Below are positions 13,795-25,600 of a DNA stretch of 64,000 nucleotides, piece after piece. The DNA is from Ptychomitrium polyphyllum. Taxonomy: Eukaryota. The stretch covers positions 16,058,001 to 16,122,000 of the forward strand of contig OZ316776.1 of assembly GCA_973851085.1 (NCBI GenBank), read 5' to 3'. The position numbers and the translations under genes are program-made. Position 1 is the first letter of the stretch. Each line of letters begins with the position of its first letter. The notes beneath the pieces are model-generated. The model worked only from the letters and a program-made list of their open reading frames with translations. It did not search any database and had not been told where the DNA came from.

Positions 13795-15194
13795 ATGGCG
13801 GCAATTCCACAAGTGTGTGCTGCCGCTAATTGGCAGCGCCATCGCCATGGCAGCGTCGCAGCCATGCCAATGAATCCAGTGGCGGAGAGTTCAAGCTCGA
13901 CGCCGAGGAATATAATTACCACTTCAGGGTTACAAGAGAGTAGGAAAAGCGGGGTTAAGGTCTTTGTAGCCAGTGTAGTAAGCGCCTCTGTGTGCGTCAG
14001 CTTGAGTTTCCAAGCTGGGTGTGCTGTGGCTGCGAGTGACAATATCCCCTCCCATGGTCGAAGCTGGTTTCCCTGGGAGCAAGTGGCGCCCGCGCAAGAC
14101 GAGCCGAAACAGGGCACTTGTTCAACATGCATCGGCGTTGTGGACGACACCTTGGGGTCTTGTAGCGCCACCACTAACTGCGTTTCCTCCTTTGACGACA
14201 GGTTTTGTAACCTTGGGACTGCTCTTGACATCATCAGCATTATGCGTTACATTGTTGTAGCAATTTATCCTAGGTTAGGATTTAGAGCAATCCTTTCAAG
14301 AAAGTAGGTCCTCTGTGCAGTGTTTGATGTCAATGTCTTCTTTTCGGTGTGTGGCAGACCGAAGTTCTTTGTTGCACCTTGGGAGTTTCCAGGGGGATTG
14401 AAGGCCGCGGTTAGTAATTTACAGGAAGCATTATTGTGTTCAGGAGCTTCCATCAAGGAAAAGAGTGATAGGTATGTTCGAAGTGCTCACTTCGATCATT
14501 TCTTGAGGGTTTGAAGAACAGCAAGCTTTTTGGTCAATATGATCACATGGTTATTGATATTTCACGTGCCACTAATCCTTTGCAGCATTTGATCAGTTGG
14601 TGTGAGTCTATGTTTGCCTTCTATGAATTTAATTGAACTGCAATTATCATCATGTTGAATCATTGGAGTGCAGATACATATATGCAGTTTTTACTGGAGA
14701 AGATGGTGTTGGCGATGACGTAGAATTTTTATTTAGCGATCCTTCTGTAGATGCAACTGTGAATGTGAGGTCTGCATCTCGTGCTACGGATTATAAAGAC
14801 AGTGGCAGAAATGGCAGAAGACTAGAGGCTCTGCGCATGGAGCTTGGCTGGGAACAGGTGCTCTTTTTTTGTTTGTTTGGTTCAAACCATCTCTTGTAGA
14901 TACTCAATTTACAGTAGAATTTTCCCCAGTTCAGGTCTGTTCTGAACCCAAGATTTGCCATTGGTTTAAATTCTGACGAATATTTAGCCGTCCAATACCT
15001 TCTGTGAGCATTCAAACCTCCTTTTACTCGGTAGTCAGCCAAACTTGCTCACAATGAAATGGTTTTTACAGGTGCCAATCTTGAGGAACCGGCAGAGACG
15101 GCTTTTCTTTATCGAATCCCCATGGGACACGTTTGGTCCTGAGCCACCTCCCACATTTGACTACAAAGGTGGAGTAGAGTTTGTTCCAGATTAG
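13795..15194 (+). CDS. DUF1499-like protein, probably chloroplast/thylakoid lumen, 275 aa
   Basis: Four exons: 13795-14201, 14358-14471, 14674-14857, 15072-15194 (828 nt, GT-AG). Motifs LGSCSATTNCVSSFD, YIYAVF, DDVEFLF, VNVRSASR..D.G.N.RRLEALR match my recollection of DUF1499. The N-terminus has a transit-like part followed by a hydrophobic segment ending AVAA, as in a lumen signal. Confidence 0.85.
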
Positions 15195-17760
15195 GACAAG
15201 CAATGCCACTATAGCAACAGGAACAGACGCATTGTGGAAGGGATAACGAGTTCAAAGGCAACAAAACAAGGTAACCCTAATACCGTCCTATTTTGTTTTG
15301 GGGGTAGCTTCGAGTAGAGAGCTTACTGGTTCCAGTACTGTTGGGATACGAAACACGGACGACTCTTTGTTTAACCTTAACTGTATATTAATATGCAAGT
15401 AAAATTTTGCCGAACATCTGCGCAGAAGTACAATCCTAACAGATAAGGCTTCGACTGTTTGCCATCTCGACGTCTATGAGCAGCTACCGCATGATGTGTG
15501 TTTTGAGTTGGATAAACATGAGCCAGATATTGAGGTGGAGCAGTGATTGTGAGGGCCCTCGGAGTCCATGTCACGGAGATGGTGATGGTCACGACCTGTC
15601 CTTTGATGCTTGTACTTTGATGCTCAGGAAAGCAAGGTAGGTCCAACGAAAGCGTGGACAAATACTTGATACTGGTTCGTACATGCCCACCAGAATTGCA
15701 TGCTGTATTGGAATAAATTTGTGTAACTTGCAGATTGATCCTCTACAAAAATGTGCATGTGGTGTGCAATTCAATTTAATGCAGACACAGCCTCCATGAA
15801 CGCGAAGCACCAGTTTTGCTCACATGGGCTGCGCAAAAGTGCTGCCTTTCTAAGAGCTGATAAATTAAAAATGTGGTTTACTTTTTTCTCTTGTTTTGGT
15901 TTCTTTTTCGAAAAAGCAATCCGGTTTACTGTTGATGTAAGGAATCCAAGTTGAACATGGACAAAGCTGAGTGTCTTTTGAACTGGTATGATGCCATCAC
16001 TAAGAATCTAATTGAGTGATCTTCAGTGCTTCCGTGTAGTCCATTGACACCATGAGAAGAAGAAAGCTGACTCATCTGCAGAAGTTGAACATGCAATTAA
16101 TGGAGCTGCCGATGGCCCAATTGAGATCATGTGAAACAGACGTTTAGCAAATACCAAGCCGAGCAGTGTAGTGTGTAGACGGCGATACAGACATTTAGGC
16201 CAACCTTTCGCTTCATCTGCAAATAATGAGCTGTTAGAGCCCACGACTTCTCTTTGTTCGGAATTGACAGGATGTGGGGACCGGCAGGTAGCTTTGTATG
16301 CGCCCACTGCCTCGTGAACCTGCATGACTGATTGTAATGGTAGAGATTTATATTCAACATGGTATTACACTCAATTAAGCTCAAGTAGGTTTTTTTGAAA
16401 CATTCAAATCTTTACATCAAGACATCTAAACGACTACCCCTTTTTGGGCTGCAAAGTTCCCAAAGTGCTTAGAAATGAAAATTTTCATTTTGTTCGGTGC
16501 AAGTTCAAGTAAGGCAAAGTAAATGAGATATTCAAAGACAATTATTGGAGCCATAGAAATCAAGCAGCAAATTTGTTTATTTTACTTTTTAAGCTAAGTA
16601 GACAACATTCAAAGCCAGGAATGAACTTGGTGAAGTTATTTTTTATCAAGACTTTGAAACTCGAAACTGCCTGCAATTTCTGCCATGCTCCAGAGATTCA
16701 AATAATGGTGGCACAAAATTCAATCACAAATATTTAAAAAGTAATCCTGAAAGTCATGCACCGAACTTACGTTCAATCAATGTCAATAAATCAACAGTTC
16801 TCGTGACAGAGTCCCACGCGTTTCTTAGTTGGCAGGCCCTCAGACATGGACTCGGATCAGAGGTACTGAACAAGACACTTTCGAAGAGAGTACTCCACAG
16901 GTTAATTTGTAGCTTCGAAATTTCATAGTCAAATAATTGCGTATGGCAATTCATCAATAATAATAATGTACTGTGTGTGTGTATATATAAATATATATAA
17001 TTTTTGATACAAGTGATTGATACAAGTCAGATGATCTCCACAATGTGTGGAAAATACCAGTAGAGATAAACATGATCTAATTTCCCACATCACGAGATAT
17101 GATGGAGATAAACCTTTTTGATGCTTTTGTACAAATGATTAACATTCTGTATAAAATGACTCTGTAAGTTGGACCTGTTAAACCCTCCCCACTCCTGATG
17201 ACTCTCCTATACTCAACCTGAATACCTTCACTTTCTGAATGCAAAGGAGTAGTACTCTATCAAGGGTTATATGCAACAACTGATTAATCTCTCAACACAA
17301 CTGTATCACATGAAACTATGACACCATGACAGCTTCCTGCTCCCTTTCTCGCTTTCTAATACCCTGCATGAATGCAATTGAAATTCTAGGAGCTGAACAA
17401 TAGTTCAGTGAGACTGGAAATAATTTCAAGCCCAGCTTTGCATCTTGTGTGTGTAAGCTTAATTCCCCTTCCACAGAAAAATCAAACTCGTTGTTCCTGC
17501 ACCTTGAAGGATGTGCATAAGACGGTTGATTAAATCCAAGGTGCAGCAGCTCCTCTTCGCGATTGCTCTTGTTCTCTCGACTGACCGATGGACTTCTGTA
17601 CATGTCGATCTTTGCACATGATCTATATGACCAATGCAATCCCTTGCACCATGATCGGTGATGTCAAAGGCTAAATGATTCCAATATGATGCTGCGATGT
17701 TCTGTGGTGAAGGCGCCCAACGGTCGCATGGTCTCTAGTTTTCTCTTGAAGTGATCACCT

Positions 17761-19232
17761 TCACATGTGCTGCGCAACTTGCGAGTAGTTCCAGAGATCC
17801 AGCGACGAGAAGATGTCGGAGTTTTGGCGCTTGAGGTGAACCAGCACCGAATCGGGGTTGTTCACCTTCACACTGGGAGGCTCCTGCAAGAGCGCATTCC
17901 AATCGACATTCTCGGCCAGCCCCAGAACGCCGCAATCCTCCGGATCGGTGCCTCCATCGCTAGTGCCACTCGAGGTCTCCCCGTCATGGAACCCATGTAA
18001 GGGGCTCTCCGGGATGTTGAGGAAGTCGTCTGGTCTCCGCAAGCTCAACGCGCGCGCCAAGTACGAGCGCGCTTCAACGGAGGACGGCATAGAATGGCTC
18101 TGGCTCTGAAGCTCCACCTTGGTTCCAGGCATCATTCCGAAGCTATTGTTCACATACTGATGCCCGGTCTGGTAATCGTCAAGGTTAATAATCTCCTGCT
18201 TGATGCCGGATCCATACAGCGCACCATACTGGGATCTATCCGGGTATGCAAACCGACCACCTCCGGAGAGAATATCAGGCGAACCCACCGGCTCCGGAAG
18301 TAAACCCATCTGCTCCTCGTAGGAAACGGTGGCCCGCTCTTGCAGCTTCAGCTTAAGATTCTTGTTTTTCTTGAATACGCGGCACACCACCCAACCACCG
18401 TCCTCCTGCGAAGGAAAAACCATTATTTATGTGAGATTGGTGACCACGGGGAACTGCACGTGGAGAATAACTAAAGCTTTGAACCCCAAAGTGGTAATGA
18501 ACTCTCTCAAAACTGATGACATCTGTACAGAATTTAAAACACACGTATGAAAATCTCAAGTGCCAAATTGCGAAATAGCTGAAATCTAGGGAAAGGGTGA
18601 ATGTGAAGATTTGAAGAAACGGAGGCAGGGAGAAGATGGGTACATGAGCGGGGCGACCGGGGCCATCGTCAAGGCGAAACTCGTGCATGATCCAGTCGGT
18701 TTTGACGCCGTGTGGAGCTCGGCCCTGGTAGAACACAAGCGTTTTGCGCATGCCGATCAGCGTGTTGATCTTGGTATAGATGGGTTTGTCACGCCCAGTT
18801 GCCTTCCAGAAGCCTTTAGTAGTGGCGCGATTGGCGCGGTTGCCAGTCGGGTACTTCTTGTCTTTGCGACTGAAGAAGTAGTAGTCCGTTTGCTTCTCAT
18901 TCGAGTCCGCCTGGATCTTGCACAAATCTGAAACAACAAATAATCATATAAGGCTCCAGTTCTTAAGTATAGTATTCTGTTCTGGAAACACACAAACTGC
19001 ATGTTTTGCAACAGCGAAAATTTTGCATCAAATTGAAGTTTGATATGTCAGAGGATGTAAAGTGCTCACCTTGGAGATCCCAGGGCTCAAGTTTGTAGAG
19101 ATCGAGGTCGCGGATGAGGTCGAGGTCGATCTTTCGCGCAGTCACTTTCTTCGGGAGATAGTAACCCACTAATTCTTCGTCTGTGGGATGGAATCTAAAT
19201 CCTACTGGAACTCTCTGCGTAAGCTGGCTCAT
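17761..19232 (-). CDS. VNS: NAC-domain transcription factor of the VND/NST/SMB-related (VNS) clade, 363 aa
   Basis: Exons 19232-19070, 18927-18644, 18405-17761. NAC subdomains [84 protein letters not shown]. The C-terminal [15 protein letters not shown] and SLDLWNY resemble the LP/WQ-type boxes of VND/NST/SMB proteins. The symbol is family-level only. Confidence 0.93.
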
Positions 19233-19270
19233 CGTGCTTTACTCAACGGACGTCACACTTCGCTTGATAA

Positions 19271-19665
19271 CTGCCAATATACGCCCACATCACAAGATCA
19301 GCCCATAATGTACAACACCATCAAACCTTTAAACACTAAGCAAGGTCTTGCTCTTAGAACAGGACAAGGTCCGCACGATCAGGAACCTGAACTCAAAACT
19401 TCAACTTGGTATCTCAACAACTAAGTTAATTCTCACCAAAGACAGAAGAGCAAGCACTAAAGAGCACGAGCCAGAGTAGGAGAATAATTTCTGCTTCTTT
19501 TGCATCATGCTACAAAGTCTTGACTTCCCACCGAATTAATATGAGAGAAAGACAAGCAGCTTCAGCAGCAGGAGTACAACAGGGACAGAGACAGAGGGGA
19601 AAAAAACCGCCACAAACTGAATGGAGTGCAAAGCTTCAGAAGGAAGGGTAGTGGTTTATTTATGG
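19271..19665 (-). promoter_or_regulatory. NAC gene proximal promoter/5'UTR with a 5'UTR intron
   Basis: TATA-like CATAAATAAA on the minus strand near 19655-19664, then a CT-rich leader. GT-AG intron 19436-19271 (ttg|GTGAGA...ggcag|) ends 38 nt before the ATG. Confidence 0.5.
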
Positions 19666-22600
19666 ACCCGCCCAGGTGCAGCTTTAGATAGCCTGGAATG
19701 TGGGCCCGTGCAGGCTACTGCCTACCAACTATTCCAGGGGGTACTATTCTAGTGCGTCAGCAGGTCAAAGAAGTGTCCCAATTATGGGTGACTGTACAAG
19801 TACTCTAGATTATAATATATTGCAGAACCATAGTTAGCAGTAATCTGCAAAAAACCACACAGGCATATAATTAAGCAGTTGGGCGGGCAGGCAGGCAGGC
19901 AAGCGCAGAGGAAAAACCACATCAGCTGCGGTAGTATTATAGATAAACTTTTCTGGGCACTTTTCCGACCTTTTCACTCTTACTTTCCCCCCGTGATCTC
20001 TGAATCCCTGTAGCGAAGTTGGACTTCCTTTGTGGGTGAGAAGTTGGAACGTGGAAGCTACAAGGTCGAACGCGTCTTGAAATGGTTCATAATGAAATTA
20101 CTAACCAAGAGCTCTGCGTTTGACATGGAGATCATGTCCATGACCATGTGAACTTTCCTGTGGTGCTACGATAGTCGGGGTATTATCCAGGTCGGTGCAA
20201 GTTCACATTATTTGGAGCAATATCCCATCTCATGCAGTAAGTTAGCTGTACTCAATCTTATCAGTACTCGATCTCAAGCCACTCTTTCAGCCGAAATCTG
20301 TTGCCCCAAATCGGGACTACAAACGAGGCTCCCAGAACCCTCCGGAAGCTGGTGATAAATCATGGTCAGCTTGTCACTCATGATCAATATCAAGCTCAAC
20401 AAACCCATGTAGACGTACCAAACTAAACTATAAACATGGAAAAGGCAACTGAAAAGGAACGACTAAGATGACCCCAACAAGATGAGCTCACGAGTACCCC
20501 CAAGTACACACTACACTACGATCAACTATATGTCCCTCGATGACAGGAACCCGCGGCTAAAGTGGTGTTCGGACAGCTCAACACAGATCAGCATGATGTG
20601 CAAAGACATGCAAAACTCTTGAACCACTATGGTTAAAATCATGTAATTTTAATGCGTGTAGATTCTCTATGGCATGTGTGATGACTCAGCAAATGACGAG
20701 GTGGGTCGACACAGGCCTACCGAAACTCCGGAGTAGCTATGGTTATGGATCGCTCTCTGAACTTTGAACTGATTTGCCACCTCTACAAGCTTACGTACAA
20801 CAGCTGGACTCCTTCTATCCCAGGAATAACTGAGTGATATTGATCTAGCGCTAAGTGGTCTCTACGAAACTAATATACCTCACAAGAAGGTGAACTCATC
20901 TTCATGTTACAGAATAAGAGGAAGAACTCTTCAAAGACGACCAATTGAGAATTGTACCAAGACTATGAATCATTACTTAACCGTTCTCGAGCCTTGATGC
21001 TCTCAAGGACTAACCGAAGGCCAGACAGCAGATCCAGGGGCTACGCAGCCGTTGAACCAGGACACGGCCGTTGAAATATGAGAAGCAGGACTCAGGGTAC
21101 TAGAAGCAGGCAAGGCAAGGCAGTAGCCATGCTGGTGCCAGAACTGGGCATTGAATGCTTACAATTGGTACATCCTACTACAGTTGTGGATCCTGTGTCA
21201 GGTTGAAAGGGCAGCAACCAGGAGTCAGCCAGTCAGTCACTAGGTTGCTTGGTCCCCACTCTACTTGAGTACCACTCTCATTTCTGGCGGAGTAGGAAAT
21301 TCTAATTCACTAGTAAGACGGCTGACTCTCAAAAATTGGCTCAAACATAAGTGACGACGAGATTGTTATCATGTTCACCAACGGAGTACTCAGATCTGTT
21401 GATCGAGTTCACGCGCATGCACCGACCAAGATCACACCACACTCCTGGACACGGCCGACGCACCTACAACCTCTTCACGCAAGATTGATCGTCACTACGT
21501 CCTAGAGTTTCTTAGATGGACTCTGCGATTTGTACTAAAATCGATCAACATCTGTGAACTCTAAATCTTAACTGGAACCTCTGTGTGAGTTGATTCATTG
21601 CATTACCAAGGTGATCAAACCAGAACTTACTGATCGTGAAGAGAGAACTATGTACACTATCTCTGTCACAGCCACAAACAATTTCTATTATTGAGAAAGG
21701 CCGAAATCTAGTGCAGATCACTTGATCATGATTCGATCGTAAATATTGATTCGAATGTACCTAGGCCTATAATTACGCCTCGCAGTGTGCTATTCGGAAT
21801 CGACCCAGAAATACATCTAAAAATAAATATAGTGAAGGAGCGAATAATCAGGGTGGACGTTCTGGATCCTTGGACACAGATCCTACGGAACTGCTCGCTA
21901 TCTGTAGCATGAATACAGGATCAGACAACTTTGCTATAGATCAATGTCCTCCGATAGCGAGCGGACGTGAAAGAGACTTAATAATACATCACGGAGGAGT
22001 GACAGAGATGATTGAGGCCTCATGCTAGCACTTCAGTTGTGTGACGGTGAACAGGGTAGAAGCGGGTCACCGCTTACTGACGCAAAGTTTGTAACGGCCT
22101 TCAAAATCCAAATAGGGCCAATCAAGGACGAGAGGAAAAGTCTGACACTGGAAGCAAAGTGTCCCGCAACCCTTTGATGTAGAGTGCTCACGACGCTACC
22201 TTTGTACATGCCGGTGCATGTAGTCACAAACAGGTTCCCAGCAGCTTTAATCGCTACAGAAATGCATGCAGCTACTACGCAGACACCTCTCAATCAGCAA
22301 CGATACTGAAATGGAACCTCGAAACCAGACCACGGAGGAGTTGATGCAACACTCCTCTGTCAAACGCTGGTTTTAAGTGAGCCTCGAGAAGAACTTAGGC
22401 GAAGTTTCTCTAAGACACGCTGACATTGCTCTGGAGGTCTAAAGCCCTCATACTCGTGCATTGAAATCAGAGTTGACTCCTATCTACTGATGACAATGAC
22501 CACCACTTCACTAGTTCACTCTGCTCTTGGCAGCAGATTAACCAGACTCTTGCTGTTTGTCTCGAATTCATCGTCGCGATGTAAGACATTAAACCGAAGC

Positions 22601-25600
22601 TCCAACGCCCCTACTACACTCACTCACTCGATCAATGAACAACATTCTTAATTGGACCAGTACTCGTCGAAAACTACGGACTCCAACACCATGAAAACTC
22701 AACACAACATAGATTCTTACAGTCATCAACACATCATGTTCACTAGTCCCCACATTCAAGGATCCAAACACTCCACCTCATCACGCATGAAGGACATCTC
22801 CTCGAGACCATAAACACTACCGCCACAACGCAATTAACCTTTGAATACAGCTATCCTCGCTGACAGCTGAAGTCCGAACCAATTCAATTGCACAGTCGAC
22901 GACTTGCCAAAGCTGACATCCTACCAAAAAGGGCACACCAATGTGAGCAGGGTGAGAGATCTGTACCCACCTGTTGATGGAATATCGAACTCCACTTGCA
23001 CACCTCTTGCACAGCAATTCACTTGAGCGCTACAACGAACAGAAAGATTCGATAACACTCGAGGATCAATAACGGCTTGCGAGCATGTAAAACTGAGATT
23101 GTGAGAGCGGAGGTTGCTATGGTGAGCTATGAAGGGCAAGATTAAAGCTGGGTAGCGAGATGGCGTGGGTTTTAAAAGGGTCATGGGATGCAAAAGGGAG
23201 GAGCCGTCTTGTCGGCTAACACGCCTCCCCAGAGCCTCGAGTTGCCTTCGGTTCGGGCCCTGTCTGCCCGGACTTTGGAATGCTGCCCGAGAGCTGTTGT
23301 GTGTTGTGGAGCTTCGCGTTGGTTTGGTGCCGTCATTTTGAGCTGATTTCACTTGGGAGGGAAGTGAGGCTGGGTCCCTCATAAATGGGTACAGACCCCC
23401 AGAGATTCGGAGGGTGGTTTATTTTATTGAGGCTGCTGTGGTAGGTTCAGTGGATGATTTTGTTGTTTTACTCCAGTGAAAAGGGAGTGTTACCAGGCTG
23501 CCGACTTAGCTGTTACTGCACAACTTCCAGAGTGCAAAGCAAGTGGGCACTGGACTCATTTTGGTTGTCTCTTCTGGGATTATACTATACTCTCAAGTTC
23601 ATTTCTAGAGTTCAAAACAAGTGCGCACCCAATTCGATTGTTTGTTTCTTCTCAGATTATACTATGCTCTCAAATTTGTTCCAAATTTTGTTTCTTCTGG
23701 GATTATTCACTCTTGGTTCATTTTGGCACAAAAGGACTGTACGTAACATCATTACGAGGATTGCTTGTTTTGACTCCTTAAGTAATGTGTTTTACTGAAC
23801 AAGTAAGCCTACTATAGTTTATCTCATAGTGACGCACAACATAATATCCCAACAACTGTTATGTAGACATGCAAGAATGCACATGTTGATTGTTTGCAAG
23901 TGTGAATCCCACATAAATTCGCTTTGTGCAAATGAGACTACATGAGCTCTTTGCTTGTAAGACTTTACCATGAAACAACAACTTAAATTTTGAACATTGG
24001 GTCCACCAGATGGGCTTCGTGGTTTCTTTGTGTTTGTGATCATTTCAAAACATTTTTCCTCAAGTGTGTGCTTAAAAGAATGAATTGTATTTCATCCTAT
24101 CTGAAACAGATAAGGAACATATCCAGGCATTTAAACTGTCATTTAGAGATATTGAATGTAATTGTAGTTTAGGTCAGTGTCAAGAATATTACCTTTGATG
24201 AAAAGTTCCTAACTTGGTAGAGTGGAACAGTAGAATCAACATCACATTGAGGAACAGTGATCTCATAGTTTTTTCCAATGATTTGTAAGTTATCTCTTTC
24301 TAGGAGTTTTCACATTCTTTCGGTGGGCTGGACATTGGTTCAGTGGGAGTTCGTGCTACTCAATCCTTGAGTATGATTGGCTTCACCCTGAATTGTGTTT
24401 CGTCCTCTTGAGGCCAAGGGACGAGGTTACTCAGATTGCATTGGACATGATGAAAACAACATCCAAATTTAACATAGATGATTATTATGTATTCGGGATG
24501 AAGAAAGAAGTTGCCTTGTTCATTTACTATATTGAATGAAAGGAAGGTTGGAATTTCTATTTCTATTTTTTTTATTAAGAATCATTTTAAAATAGATTTA
24601 TAAAGATCTTAACAAAGTAGCAACTTTACATTTTGGTAGTAGTGTATAGATGTAAGAAACTTACAAAAATATTATAAATTATGTTCTTTACTAAAAACTA
24701 ATTATTTTTAGTTTGAAGGTATGAAAATCACCTTCTACCTGTGAGATACTTGTGGAAGTATGCAGCAACACAATGTTATCATCAATACAATATTAGCATA
24801 TTATTGGCATCTATCATCAGTAAGGAGCTCCAAATTGATACCTCAATAGCGCATCAAAATTTCATTGACATGAATTACAACTTTGCTTTCACCTCATACC
24901 TATTGGAGGGGTATAACCATTTTAAATATAACAAAATACATTGAAATACACATGCTTGCAAAGGACCATTTGATCCTCTAAGAATTTATGTAGCATATGC
25001 ACAACAACACCATCTTATGATGGAAAATACTAGAACAACGTCTTGTTTTTTCTCCAAGTGCTAAAGAATGTTACAGAAGAAAGAAACATAATCCTGACTT
25101 AAGGTGGCCTCACAAAGAAATAGAAGTTCTACTTTCTCCTTCACTTGAGTGTATGCATCTCAAGAACTGAAACAGTAGCCATAACCTTAAACTTTTCTTT
25201 CAACTATTTTATCTGTTATTGTGACAGGGGCGACGCTGCAAAATCATCTGGCCAACGTCATACAAGTAACAAGTCTACCCATTTTTCCCATAAGCTGGGA
25301 AAGATGGTAAGGCCCGTTAGCTGAACATTGGATTCTGGACAGTGGAATGTATCCTTTTCCTGTGGTAACCGCCAAACAGCGTGAAATATTCCTAAAAATG
25401 CTGCGAATGTGAACAGAAACACTGAAAACCTTCAGCTTTACATGGTGTTCGACCACAATGGATGCTCTGAATGTACTGCAGCAGTACATTTCAGAGCTTG
25501 ACGAGCTAGCAGGGCGCTGGGTAGCCTGCAACTGCAGCTGCTGCGAGGGTACCAGTCACGCAAGCTGGAGATGGAAAGTAGGTGGCAGTCAATCATTCGT

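Noticed and set aside
22332..22360. 10-bp stem-loop
   Set aside because: Too short for a pre-miRNA and expected occasionally by chance.
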